Under the pieces are notes generated by a model that had not been told where the DNA came from, searched no databases, and saw only the letters and a list, made by a program, of their open reading frames with translations. 64,000 nt of DNA, taken from the NCBI GenBank assembly GCA_002633005.1, contig NMRA01000166.1:1-64000 (forward strand), given 5' to 3'. A program made the translations under genes and the position numbers. This stretch comes from Phoronis australis. Lineage: Eukaryota; Animalia; Phoronida. Positions within the stretch are counted from its first letter, which is position 1. Each line of letters begins with the position of its first letter. This document shows, piece after piece, positions 1 to 12,482 of this stretch.

Positions 1-963
1 GGTTCAATTCGGTGACATTGGGTTTATCACCCCTCTGGGCATTTTTGCCTGCTGTGAGCCGTACTTCACTCTTAAGGCAGACATTCATGCTAAGTGAAGA
101 CCAAAGAAAATTGCAAGAAGACTATTTCCAGATCACAATGTTGGTTTTTAATTTTCAGTCTTCCGAAATCAATTCAATTTTCGCAGTGGTTGAGCATACG
201 AACTACGCTTCCTCTACCTGTTGGCGATTTACAAAGCTATGCAAGGCGACGTGCCGAAATTCAGTTTAAAAAATAATTTTAAGCAGCCACGTATGCACAA
301 CATTGCGGACCCATTAGTACAATTATTGCGGTATCGTTTACTTGAGGCGGTTCTGATACAGGTGGAAAATGTCACTTAACAAGACATGCAATTAAATCAC
401 TGTCTCCATAATGCTTTGCTCCTGAATCAAAAGGAGACGGTATTCAATTTGACATTCTTTGGAGCCATTAGATTATAGCGAAAAATGTCAACAAAATGTG
501 TCCTATTAACAGTTTACAGGGATGTCAGATATAAATCCTTGTCATTTAGGCTAAAAACCGATGTTGAGTATACTCCATAACAGGTTGACTTTGGTTTTTG
601 CATTGACAAATTTCAGTCTTAGTTTTGGTCTTAAGAACTTTCATGAAATGAATTGGGCTTAAATTTGTCTGATTTTGGTCCAAGTGAAACCCTTCACACA
701 ATGGTCATGAGTGCTTGAATTCGGTTAACAACAATTTAAGCATGATATATTAAGCATTTCTTCTTCAATGTGTGTACTTGTCATCAAGAAACAAATGCAA
801 AAATTAAAAAATGTGTATGGCATCACCAGTGAAAGTCCGGTCTCCGCCACTCTCGTTGTTGCTCTACATCAATCGTGAGCCGGATGAGTCTCGAAACAAA
901 TTGAATGTTGCCCGAGACAAGTATTATGAAAGGGTGCATGTGCGGACGATACAGTAATAGCAA

Positions 964-1125
964 TTGGACAGACAATATTTCAGTTTTGCGTTTCTAAAAG
1001 ACCCTAAGATAGACCAGAAATGGCACAAGTTAGTTTATCGGACACCGGTGGAGCAAACGATCAGTTCAGAGGTCACATTTTGCACAGTCCGTTTTGAAGA
1101 TTCGTGCTTCGATCCGTTGCATAAA
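964..1125 (+). mobile_element. Degenerate THAP-domain fragment (DNA transposon remnant)
   Basis: Translation FAFLKDPKIDQKWHKLVYR...FCTVRFEDSCFD resembles the THAP consensus (F-P-K-D...W...C-x-x-H-F...CF) with key residues decayed. Confidence 0.55.
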
Positions 1126-2059
1126 CGGGGCTGTGAGGAAGGTTTCTCCAACCCTTAAGTGCATTTGATGGACAAAAATAGTTACTGATGGGAGCTAAAG
1201 AGTCGGTACTTACTGAGTAAAAGCCTCGACATCAAATTATGACTGAGATAATGAATAAGACTGCAGTAAGAAAGTTCTCATTAGTCTATTCTTGCTGAAG
1301 ATTTTGTGGGAATACATGTTATCCACATATACGTCAATGGCCAATAGGTGAGAAAGTGAAATTTAAATGCCAGGTAAAGTTTGATGTCACGACCGCAGCC
1401 AGCGCAGAAGCTGGAGTCGGGCACTGGACTTAAATAATTGACGCACCATGGCGCAGCACTGAAATAAGTGGGTGTATAGCCCCTCAGCCCCTATCGGGTG
1501 TGCCGCACATAGAGATGAGCGGAGCAGCACTGAAATAAGGGGGGGCTCTAGCCCCCCATCCCCCTGTGGTGCGCCACCCATGCAAATAGTACAGAGTTTT
1601 CATAATTTTGGATCAAACCAGACAGAAACAAGTATCATTTACCAGAAATAAAATCCAGCTAGCATCACAATTATTGGATGTGATCGTTCCTGCAAGCATT
1701 CGGCAGTCGAAGAAATGAAATCGATGTGGCCGCTGTTCGCAAATGAGCTTTGACAGTCAGGTTAAAACCTTTCGTTTATAAATTTACAGTTCAACACCAG
1801 TGGCGGATCTAGGATATCACAAGGGGGGGCCCAACATTTTGTCCGGCTGTAAGCATTTGCGCAAACTAAACCACGATTGTAGATGCGCATAGCACCGAAT
1901 GGGGGGAGGTCGGCAAACCCCCCTCCCGCTCAGGAAATTTTTCTGTTTTTACCTCTAAAAATCAAGCATTTTCCTTGATTCCTGAATTATTTTCCAAGAA
2001 AAAAAGGAAAAAAAAAAACAAAACACGGAGATCGTGTCAAACAGGAAAAACTGAACGTA

Positions 2060-2123
2060 CCAAAGACTCGAACTCACGACCTGGGTCACAGAGAGCGCAT
2101 GCGTTACCACTACACCACCACGA
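2060..2123 (-). promoter_or_regulatory. tRNA-like Pol III A/B boxes inside the TIR element
   Basis: Minus strand reads TGGTGTAGTGG (A box), 31 nt, then GAGTTCGAGTC (B box). No convincing acceptor stem. Confidence 0.65.
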
Positions 2124-2377
2124 TTAACTACAACACTCATACTAAAAGACCTACTTGTTTATGGTCCACAGCGTTTGCGCGCAAAACCTACTTCTTTTCG
2201 TAATGCTTATTACACGTTTTATATTTTGTGCCATCAATTGTTAACAAATTTGTCGTATTTAAAATAGTCTTCAAATGCCCAAAAGACCAAATCCGTTTTT
2301 CGTGTTGGCAATAATGACGGGATTGCTTTGGAAATCGTCTTAAGATAAGGTTTGACAAAGAGAGTATTGCGAGTTTC

Positions 2378-2714
2378 NNNNNNNNNNNNNNNNNNNNNNN
2401 NNNNNNNNNNNNNNNNNNNNNNNNNNNNNNNNNNNNNNNNNNNNNNNNNNNNNNNNNNNNNNNNNNNNNNNNNNNNNNNNNNNNNNNNNNNNNNNNNNNN
2501 NNNNNNNNNNNNNNNNNNNNNNNNNNNNNNNNNNNNNNNNNNNNNNNNNNNNNNNNNNNNNNNNNNNNNNNNNNNNNNNNNNNNNNNNNNNNNNNNNNNN
2601 NNNNNNNNNNNNNNNNNNNNNNNNNNNNNNNNNNNNNNNNNNNNNNNNNNNNNNNNNNNNNNNNNNNNNNNNNNNNNNNNNNNNNNNNNNNNNNNNNNNN
2701 NNNNNNNNNNNNNN
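2378..2714. other. Assembly gap (N run)
   Basis: Run of N. Confidence 1.
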
Positions 2715-2951
2715 NGGGCCCGGGCCCCCTGGGCCCCCCCTAAATCCGCCTATGAACACTAATGCATATTACTCGACACTAAATTGGTTAGAAAATTAAA
2801 TCGTGATTCAATAAAAAGGCTATGTACATTCTGTTAAGACTTAGATTAAGTTAAATTCTGTGCACAAACAAACAAAAGTACGTTCTCGAATGTGCATTAC
2901 CACAACTTCCACATCTGCGGGCTAACACTCGGTGGTACACGTCATTTGCAG

Positions 2952-3096
2952 ATGTTACTATACAAACTGACGAAAAAGCCCAAGTACAGAAAAGATATTA
3001 GCGCGTACATCGACAACTGGTTACCGACAGGAAAACTTAAGTACACCCCAAAAGGTCTGGCTTTCCGATTGAAATGGGGTTCTTTACGGTACGCCC
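2952..3096 (+). CDS. GH9 endo-beta-1,4-glucanase, internal exon (upstream exons not found in window)
   Basis: ttgcag acceptor at 2951 and gtaag donor at 3097. Encodes MLLYKLT...KYTPKGLAFRLKWGSLRYA, the GH9 'YTPxGL...WGxLRYA' motif. 145 nt, ends in phase 1. Confidence 0.93.
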
Positions 3097-3585
3097 GTAA
3101 GTATTGCCATCTTGTACCTCACATATCCGGCATCAGTTAGTTTAGTTACCTACAGTAATACATTTCAAGTTTGTGCACTATAAAGAAATAACACATGATG
3201 TGACAATTTAGTTTGTGTGTCGCGAAAACATACTTTCACGCATGCGTACATTTCTATCGAAAGAACAAATGCATGCCCTGAGTAAAATTTTCAGTCAAGT
3301 GTACCCCTAATTAGTTTCGAGTTGAAATGCAAATACTGCGACAATTTGAGGTTCATCACTCTATCGATGTTAGTTAAACAGGTGCACCCAGTACCTTACA
3401 CCGTCCCGTATGAGCTTGCGGTTTTCTTCCCCATCAACACATTCATTTTCTTCTTTCATAAAAGTTTAGAATCATTTAATCCGTTGGCTATTTTGTGATG
3501 TACCACCATTACCTTTCAGCTGCGATCATACTGTTTCGTCATATGACCCATGACCGGTGACCTAAATTAGTTTTCATTATTGCAG

Positions 3586-3751
3586 AAAACACAGCATTCC
3601 TCGCACTCTTAGCTGCCGACTTGGGCATCAAGCCTCATAAATATCGGAAATTTGCCGTCCGTCAAGTTCACTACGCACTCGGTGACACCGGAAGAAGCTT
3701 CGTTGTTGGGTTTGGCAAAAATCCTCCACTCAGGCCACATCATCCCGGAGC
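3586..3751 (+). CDS. GH9 endoglucanase exon
   Basis: ttgcag acceptor and gtatgt donor. Joins in phase and encodes [14 protein letters not shown]...[30 protein letters not shown] (GH9 'YxLG...SFVVGFG.NPP..PHH' motif). Confidence 0.95.
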
Positions 3752-5630
3752 GTATGTATTCCCAAATGTGCTATGAGACCCTTCTCATGCCAACATCCAG
3801 GTGACGTTATCAGCCAATACAAGAGTTCGCACTTTCGGCCACCATCTTTAGTACTAATGAAGCATCACTTCACATGCTTTTCCCGTGGAAATGGACGGTG
3901 GAGTAAGAGTTGGGCTGTGTGTTATAGACGCAAGTCCACCTAAAATCCTTCATCGGTGTTTAAACAAATATTTTTGAAAAACGCTCGATTTCGTTCCCAT
4001 TCTCTCTTTGGCTCTTCGCCTTCGGAATTATGGCGCTTAGCAACAAAGTGCCAGCCCGGGGCTCACACAAGAGCAGACGTATGAAAGGTAACGTCAAGAA
4101 TTATCTTAAAGGCTACGTATGTAGTAAGCTAGGAACATGTCTGAAATGGCTGATCGAATTCACATGAAAATTTCAGATACCATGCTTTATGCACTGTTAG
4201 CCAAAACCACTGTGAGGATTTGTTTTCAAAATTTTCCATTATTGCATGGGGACTATCAATAATAGGACTTCAATGATTTTCATGAAATTACATAAAATAA
4301 AAACGAAATGATGATTTAGAAAACTGTAAAAGCTTTTTTTTGACATTTCATCTTGATTATTTATATCGAACAAAATTTGGTCATGATATTGATACTGTTG
4401 TTTTGCTATAGAAGGACCGTTCTTTTTGTTAAACTTTATAAGAACGCTGACACGTGACCCAACAGATTGGTTTCAAGTCAAAAACCAAATTCTAAAGGCC
4501 TTCTGTTTTGAGAAAATATATATTTTTACTGAACTGAAATGTTTAGTTTTGTAGATATTTGGCCACATGTTTCACACCAGCACTCAAGAACATCCTACAT
4601 AATCTTAAGTTTTATTTTCAAACTATTTCTGGAAGACGGGAGTGGAATGCAAAGCCACACGACTCTCAAAACCTCGACATTCTTTTAGTGTTCAAATCAA
4701 CTCCCACCGCAGTCAAGCGTTCCATTTCGTTCCCATTCTTCCTGTGGCACTTCGCCTTCGGAATTATGGTTCTTAGCAACAAAGTTGCAGTCTCGATTTC
4801 ACTTGCCTGTTATTCGATAATAAAGTGGTTCCCGGGGCTCACACGTCACGGATAGCGTGTGAGACGACCCCACCCAATTTAGAGAGTCTTTGTTGAGACA
4901 GGTGATTTGAATCATATTTTGGAACCGCAGCTTTGTAACGAAATTGCAACAAACAAAAATAGATATTGCTCCTTTAAAGTACTGGTGAAAGATAATGATG
5001 TAAGATCACGAAGTCTAATCTTAACCAAAAATTATCCCAAAAATGGGTTTTGTGGCCATAGAAACGATCGTGTCCTCTTAAAGTGATTGACACTGGGGAC
5101 GGAGACCAGGGCTAGTTTGATCTCTGGACAAGAAATTAGACGAACCTTACACAAAAGGCAAAATACATCGTGGTTACCGCTTTTCAAAAACCACGCGATG
5201 TTCAATGCCATTGTCAGCTCAAAATACTAGACTTCTTAAACTACACTGCAGATTAGGATGCAAAAGTTCACTTTTTTCATTCCGTATGAAATTTCCAGCC
5301 TTCATGACGGTTTCTATTCCTCGCAAGATGTCACACGTTTCACTGAAAAACATGTTTGCATTTCGATAGCTTCTCCGTGTACAATATTGATTTATATTCG
5401 TGAACCTTACGAAGAGATGCCTTGCGATATTTCATGCAACCCTGGCAGGGTCTAATTTGGCATTTTTGTAGGTGCACGATCGCCCCATAGTTGATCACTT
5501 TTTTACATGAAAACGTTTTTGGTGTTGGGTGCTTCAAACACTACAGTTATACTGTTATGTTCAATTGCATGCGATGAAAGCGTAGTTGTTAAAGGTTTCA
5601 GTCTATTGTCTGGTAGTGCTCACGGAAACA

Positions 5631-5921
5631 CAGTGGCGAAATTAGGGGGAGGGCAAAATTTTCCCAGATACCATTTGGCAGTTCGTGGTGCGAATTACTG
5701 ACTAGCGCATGCGCGCACCCAGGGAGCTCGGGGGGCGAATGCACAATGCATAGGCGTTGAACAAACCCCGTTTATCGTTTTTTTTTAGTAATAAGGTCCA
5801 CAAACCCAAAAATTCGAGACCTCTGCATCCCTACATTTTAGGCTGGGCGCGCACATGTGGCGAAATTCTGGTTATTCCTGTGCCCTGGCCCACCCTAGCT
5901 CAAAATCCTGGATCCGCCCTG
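5631..5921. mobile_element. MITE with 5-bp TSD, containing a nested MITE (5708-5857)
   Basis: CAGTGGCGAA...GGATCCGCCCTG flanked by AAACA/AAACA. Inner element CATGCGCGCACCCAG...CTGGGCGCGCACATG is flanked by TAGCG/TGGCG. Confidence 0.75.
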
Positions 5922-6270
5922 AAACACACATACACGAATGCGCCATGTGCCTGCACAAAATGATTAGTCACTTGTCAATGAGTCTGTATAGTGATGAGAA
6001 CACTTTTCTTGACATGCAAGCGTGAAATTACGCGCCATTTATGGCTCCGAGCCGTAGACCTCTAGCCCTAGAAAGCCAACTTCGATCTAGCCGGTTGCTG
6101 ATGATGCGCCGCGCATGGGTGTCATTTGTTTGCATCCGTTTGTTCCGGTGTTAAGTGGTTATTTGCTGCAACTAAAGCTTTTCGCAACTTCGCAGTTTTT
6201 CAACCGAATTGCACAAGATTCATATAATTAGAAAGTCCTTAGTCAGTTCTTGATGATGTATGATTATAGC

Positions 6271-6857
6271 TATGGTGGGCCGTTGAGGGGAAAGTGTCGC
6301 CGTAAAATTACGCTCGTAATTACGAGCGTAAATTAAATTGCAGGAGTGTCGCCGTACAATTACGCTCGCAAATTAAATGGGGAAAAGTTTCGCTGTAAAA
6401 TTGCACTCGTAATTACGAGCGTAAGTTAAATTACAAAAGTGTTGCAGTAAAATTACGCCCGTAAATTAAATGGGGGAAATGTCGCCGTAAATTACGCTCG
6501 TAAAATACCTTAAGAACGTTCCAAATTTAAACCAATCAGTGATGACCTAACATACACGACTGTTGCTAGGCAGCTCGTTCTTGCACAATCGCTGACATGG
6601 CAGCAGCGATTTGATCCGCCATGATTCAGCGCTCGTATCGTAGACATGAAATCCGTCAGTATATAAGTATTTCTATGAGCGCGCGCCAACGTCATTGGCT
6701 AAGAGATTAAACTAAATTACGAGCGTAATTTTACGCCGTAAAGAATTAAATTACGCTCGTAAATTTACGGCGTAATTAACGGCGTAAATAACGACGTAAT
6801 GTACACAAATACGCTCGTATTTTTCCGGCAACACTTTCCCCCCAACGGCTCATCATA
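6271..6857. mobile_element. IS3EU-like MITE with palindromic subterminal repeats
   Basis: ~32-bp TIR TATG(G/A)TG(G/A)GCCGTTG.GGGGAAAGTGT.GCCG and a 6-bp TSD TATAGC (6265-6270, 6858-6863). Contains many TTACGCTCGTAA/TTACGAGCGTAA units. The empty site is present in the paralogous copy near 15770. Confidence 0.75.
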
Positions 6858-7196
6858 TATAGCAGAAGTAAACGATTCACATTTTAATTCATAAATAATA
6901 ATTTAGCATACCTGACAGGTTTAAAAAATATTTTTTGTTACCAAAATGCGAAAAATAACAGCGTATAAAGAAAATGAACCAGAGAGGGTATATAAATGAC
7001 TAATGAAACCAGCAGGGAAAGAATTCCAATGATTCAAAAGATTTCTACCCTATTGTACCGTTCCTCATATTAGTAGTTTGTCCGTGATTTATAGATGGCG
7101 ATGCGATTTGCGAGATTCTCATTTTCGTGTGCATGATTCGCAGTACGGTCAAACGATACTACTTTCGTGAGTTTTATAGCTACTTTTATTGTACTT

Positions 7197-7450
7197 CATG
7201 CGCGCACCCAGGGGGGCTCGGGGGGCTTGAACGACCCCCCCCCCATTTGGCGAATTGGTCCGCCTCAGCGAACCAAAAAGTCCGAGAAAATGAGACAAAA
7301 GTCCACTAAAAAGGCGCAGACGCACGGTTCTGAAAGTGGTACCCCGTTTTTTATTTACTTTTTTTAGTCCTCCCGCTATTTTGTTAGCAAAAGGTCCACT
7401 TAATCAGAAATTCGAGCCCCCCCCCATATTATAGGCTGGGTGTGCTCATG
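7197..7450. mobile_element. MITE with 5-bp TSD
   Basis: CATGCGCGCACCCAG...CTGGGTGTGCTCATG flanked by TACTT/TACTT; same family as 5708-5857. Confidence 0.8.
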
Positions 7451-8149
7451 TACTTACCGTCATTTAGCCTTACGATAAGTATTTCTGTCGTGAATTAAGC
7501 TTACGAACACTCATCTATAAACGTCGGTGACTATAGCTTTAGCGTTTTAATAGATTCTTTGAGACAAAGTCGAGCTGTTTGTATCTGACAAACGTGACAA
7601 ACCACAGTCGTTGATATTGGGTTCTGTAAATATGTTGCGATTAAGTTAGAAAGCAAAGTACACGAAAATCCACCTGTGAATACTTCATCTTTTCACACAA
7701 ACAGCTACATCTATCGAGACAAAGATTTTAGAATATAGATCCCTCACAGTTGCTGTGAAGAATTTAGTCAGGCATTCATTCAAAATTATTTATCTTTATG
7801 TAAGCCTATAAATTGGTCCTTTGGTGCCGTTTGATAATCAGTTCTTCAGTAAAAACTGAGGATGCAGTGAGATTTACAAACATGTGATCAACTAATTGCT
7901 TCACCTAGCTATACAAAATTTGCAGATAAAGGTTCTCTGATAGATAAAAATGAGCAAACATCTAACAGTGTAGGTTTGAAACGTAGTGTGGATACAAAAG
8001 TGGGTCCCGTGTATGACTTTCCACAGTAGTTTGTAAGTAAACTCAATTCTTAAAAAATGGCCCAGAGTACAATAAACAAAAATTAAACAGGCACATTTGC
8101 ACACGCAGTCAACCCATTTAAGAGTTGTTCTCTTCGTTTAAGGGCAGAA

Positions 8150-8410
8150 TACACATATTTAATAACAGATTAGCTAGCAGACGTATACAGGATTCTTGAG
8201 ATGGGTGCTTTCATTGAACTTCGTTCATAAAACGTGACCTAAGTTCATAATATCCCTTGCAAATCAACAGGAAGGCATTCATCCTCTATAAGACCATCAT
8301 TGCAAATCAAACATAATCTATCACAATATTCCACTTTCTCGTACCTTCCCACTTCCACTTGAAGTCTATGGTTGGGGCAACGCAACTGAGTAAACGCTTG
8401 AATAACACTA
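8150..8410 (-). mobile_element. Non-LTR retrotransposon ORF2 C-terminal fragment
   Basis: AFTQLRCPNHRLQVEVGRY...RLCLICNDGLIEDE matches the LINE C-terminal 'LR.S.H.L.IE.GR...R.C..C....EDE.H' zinc-finger pattern. Confidence 0.75.
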
Positions 8411-9138
8411 TTATGTAGCGGCAATATCTGCTCGGTCATTCCACTTGACGAGACATGCAGTCTCGAAATATAGCTAGTAAGTGTTTTAATTTGTTTGTTT
8501 ATGTCTCTCGGTGTTTTGCTACAGCTGCACAGCTGAAGAAAGGAGATTGTTTCGACACTTCGAGCGACTCCATATCAAGCTTTCAAACAAAAAATTTAGT
8601 GGTGTTTTCAACGAAGTTTCCTTAAAATAATGTAACTTGATTTTTAACACCCCCAAAATGTCTTGTTGAAAAACTTCTAGCATGTAGTTTGATAGGTTGT
8701 CGAAAGAGGTTTTAAGACTGGAGATGAAAAGGTATGAGAGGCCAGACCATCCCCGGTAACCGGCCTAAGGCCACGGGTCGGTGCGTTTAAAGAATGGCCG
8801 TTACAATTGTCAGCTTTGTTAACTATAATTTTGCCAGGAAATCGCTGGTTGTCTAGAACCGTAGCTCAAGAGTCTCGCTTGATGAACAAAAATGACAAAA
8901 TGAAAATGAAGCAATGGATTTAGGCTTGATTTGATAACTACAACACGTACTCGATCAAAAATCAGTCAAGCGGACTGCCGGAAATTTTCAGTGCAAACTC
9001 TCGCGGCTATAGTCTCGGGTTCGCAAGCTCTAATTATAGAATACATTGGTCACGTGCGGAAGTTGGTATTCCAGGGCTAGAGTTCTATGCTTCGAGCTTG
9101 TTGAACAATGTTGTTGGCGTTACGCCAACAATCAAAAC

Positions 9139-9297
9139 AGCCTCCCGTTCAGTAACGATAGGACCTCGCTAAAAAGCAAGACTTCGCGAGATTACGTGAG
9201 ATATTGCCGTGCATTTTAAATGAGAGCACGTGACTTTGACTAGGTTTTGGCTAGGTCCTAGCGTAGGTCCTAGCGTCTACTGAACGCACGCCAGGCT
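9139..9297. mobile_element. AGCCT...AGGCT short MITE
   Basis: Terminal AGCCTCCCGTTCAGTA / TACTGAACGCACGCCAGGCT. A near-identical inverted copy lies at 60771-60918. Confidence 0.75.
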
Positions 9298-9850
9298 TCA
9301 ACATTCATGAAACAGCCCCCGATCTCGCGCTGTTGAGGTTGCGCTGCGCATGAGTGGAATTTGTTTGTATTCGCTTGTTCCGGTGTAGGTTAAAGTCATA
9401 TGATCTGTTTTAAAACGTTTTAAGAACATCGTGAATCTGCATAAAAACCATTGAAACATACTCTCTGATACTTAATTAGAACTTTTCGTAAGTATGGGGT
9501 CGATCTACTGCCGGTACATATTTTTTCTTTTATTTTTTATTTTCTAAAAATCTGCGTGATCAAAACGAAGGAATGTTACCCATAATGCTGTGCTGTGTGA
9601 CCCTTTCGGCAACTCGAGACAAATTGTTAGCTGTTTCCGGCACTGCTTCGAAGAAGAGGAGTTCGCCTTAACCAGGTAATTTATTCATTTCTTGGACATT
9701 TTGATGACGATATTGTCCCTGTATGAGCTGAACAGTCTAACTATTACGCTTAGAATTAGATGAAACCATTACCTGCGGGAAAATTACGTACTGAATTCAA
9801 TAGTAATCGTTGTGCTCATTCGAGTCGAATCTGCAGTGGTACTCTAGCCC

Positions 9851-10738
9851 CACAGGCGTCCTCAGCTTATGATCACGCGTCCCCAATACACTACATATAA
9901 GTAATACTACAAGGTATGGCACTCGGGACTAGAAATTCCACGGGTGCTTCGATTCAGCCGTCCATATCAAACACAAAACTCAATAAATTTACACAAAACA
10001 GGGATTCAACAAACCATGAGCAATTTTTCTTTCTTATAATACTATTCACGGTATCCTGCTCCGGCGAGTTCGCAAGAAATTCGTAGTCAAAGCACAAAAA
10101 TGTTCCCTAAAAGCCCAAACACACCTCGCACTTTGACGGTTTGAGGTTAAGGACGGAACGGAAATTACCGATGAGTTACGGATGGACGGCGTTATCGACA
10201 TCTTGACTGCGCGTGACAAACCGGCAATTTCCGCCGAAGCAGGACATCTTGAATGGTATTATAAGAAAGAACGATTGCTAATGGTTTGTAGAACCCCTGT
10301 TTGTGTAAATTTATTGAGTTATGTGTTTGATATGGACGGCTTTGAATCAAAGCACCCGTGGAATTTCTAGTCCCGAGTGTCATACCTTGTAGTATTATAC
10401 ACAGGCGTCCTCAGCTTCTGATCGTCCCCAATACACTATATACATACTACAGGATATGACACTCCGGACTAGAAATTCCTCGGTTGCTTCACCTCAGCCG
10501 TCCATAGCAAACACAAAACTCTATAAATTTACACAAAACAGGGGTTCAACAAACCATGAGGAATTGTTCTTTCTGCGAACACCATTTACAGTGTCCTACT
10601 CCACCGAGTTTGCAACAAATTTGCGGCAGCAACTTTTAGGGAAGATTTTTGTGCTTTGACCGCGAATTTGTTGCGAACTCGGTGGAGCTGGACACTGTAA
10701 ATGGTATTAGGAGAAAGAACAATTCTTCATGGTTTGTT
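9851..10738. repeat. Alternating direct/inverted ~170-230-bp blocks (tandem foldback MITEs)
   Basis: The block 'cactcgggactagaaattcc...aaaccatgag' occurs forward at ~9905-10070, inverted at ~10235-10397, forward at ~10445-10625 and partly inverted at ~10660-10738. Confidence 0.8.
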
Positions 10739-12298
10739 GCTAGGTATCACTAAAACATGCCACATGAAAGACTGAAAGTTATACTGTCTTAAAACTTTAT
10801 TAATAATGGACCACTAGCTTTTTGAAGAACAACCACCAGTTTGCAACTATGCAGACACCTACAAGAATGTTGTTGAAAACAACATTCCCCTTCATGTTGA
10901 GGTCATGTTTAAACTACAAATCAAAATTAATGTGGTTTGTTTTTTTTTCAGCCTCACCTAAGCATATCTGAGGATGAGCGCATTGCATTTAACTTGCTGT
11001 GTCCATGCTCACTGGGTGGTGGTGAGTATTACCTGTCCAGTTGTGATTGTCATCATGGTGTACGTGTGGCAGATGCTGAGGAATGTCCACTACAGTGAAA
11101 AGATCTATAAGAAGAAACCTGTGACCTGTATTTTACTTATGTCTGTGAGTATTTCTTATATAAAGACAGTTAAGCACCCTCACTATACACACGTGACTCC
11201 GTGAAAGAAAACACTACTAACATGACACTTGGAATAACCTTATATCATTTCCTTCCAAAGCTCTGGTTATCCCCCTCCCCCCGAATCATCCTAGATCCAC
11301 ATGTGTGCAGTCTGTGTCAGAGCGTTGTTTCACTTCAAAATGGTGCTTAGTTTTGTCAATGCACCCTTGAGTTTGTAACAGTTAGCAATAGGTACAACTA
11401 TCTCAATTTGAATTGTGAGAAACGTAGTTATTTTTGTTGTCAGTTGAACAGCCAATAGGCTTTGAGAATAACAAATAACAAATATGCATAGACTGAGAGT
11501 GTGCTATTTGGGAATACTGACAGGGCTACTGGTGTGCATTTATTCATGTTTACTACTGTATGCAGTACGTATTATTATTTAGCTAAATAAGCTACTGGTT
11601 GGGGCCCTGTACAAAACATGGTCCACATCTCGTCCTCGCGGGTGTGATTCAAATTTTTTTGCAAGCGGGGAATGCACTGACATAAACATGATAAGCTTAG
11701 GGACATGCAGGGACCCCTGTTTCGTCGCTTTATGTGCCTCTCGACAGTGGTGGTGACTGCGGAGGGAGAGGGCAGTGAGATAAATGTGACGACATAATTT
11801 AAGTGCTAGTGTCCCGGGGGTCTGTTTCATCAAAAGTGACTTAAAACGGAGAGTTGGTCTTGCAATCAACAAGTGTTTCAGACAAATACTCAAAACTCAA
11901 TTTAGCAAATAACTAAATTATCTGAAATTATACTCATAATTGTTACTTATTGAGAAAATTTGAACAAATTATTTCCAGGCTATTATGTATTAATGATTAG
12001 TGGATTAAACCTTCACTTGACAATTGTGAAGTGCTAACATTATTACAGCCCTGACAGTACGCCTGTGACATGAACATTCATTAAAGTTTATCTATGGATT
12101 ATTGGCAGGTTCATAATAAGGTCCGGTTTTAGTCAAACTAAACAAAACACAATAAAACACATTCATTATTTGAGTTTTGTTTTGTGTTGGTCTGAAATTT
12201 AAGCATAAATGCCAAAATAGTCATGACAATGGATTGTCAACAGTGCATTCTATAAGGTATGTATAAATATATCTTTTTCAGTAAGGCATGGAAATACT

Positions 12299-12482
12299 TT
12301 GCGAACAGTTTGTCCTGTCAGCACGCCATCTTTTTGGTCACATCATGTGACCTAATGAATATCAGTCCAAAAAGATTTCTGCCCCCGTCCCGGTTAAGGG
12401 CAAAAGTCTTTTTGGACTTACATTTATTAGGTCACGTGGTGTGGCCAAATAGATGGCGAGCTGACGGGACAAACTGTTCGCA
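12299..12482. mobile_element. Palindromic MITE
   Basis: TGCGAACAGTTTGTCCTGTCAGCACGCCATCT...GTGACCTAAT is mirrored by ATTAGGTCAC...AGATGGCGAGCTGACGGGACAAACTGTTCGCA. Confidence 0.75.

Larger units (their letters stand above)
1798..2754 (-). mobile_element. ~960-bp non-autonomous TIR element (hAT-like termini, 5-bp TSD), spans the N-gap
   Basis: Termini CAGTGGCGGATCTAGG / CCTAAATCCGCCTATG, flanked by AACAC on both sides. A closely similar copy lies in opposite orientation at 33570-34548. Confidence 0.85.
6055..9087. mobile_element. ~3-kb TAG...CTA TIR element (Academ-like termini) with nested insertions
   Basis: TAGACCTCTAGCCCTAGAAAGCCAACTTC matches the reverse complement of GAAGTTGGTATTCCAGGGCTAGAGTTCTA. 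Internal blocks recur colinearly at ~15680-17268. Confidence 0.65.

Noticed and set aside
2340-2762. ORFs of 136-139 aa
   Set aside because: Artefacts of the N-gap.
2952-3751. Bacterial HGT or contamination origin of the cellulase
   Set aside because: Spliceosomal introns and animal-type transposon surroundings; GH9 is known to be endogenous in animals.
4110-4973. TTAA-flanked element
   Set aside because: Putative TIRs match only in the first few bases; boundaries not supportable.
6300-6830. Repeat-spacer array
   Set aside because: Palindromic subterminal repeats within a TIR/TSD-bounded MITE.
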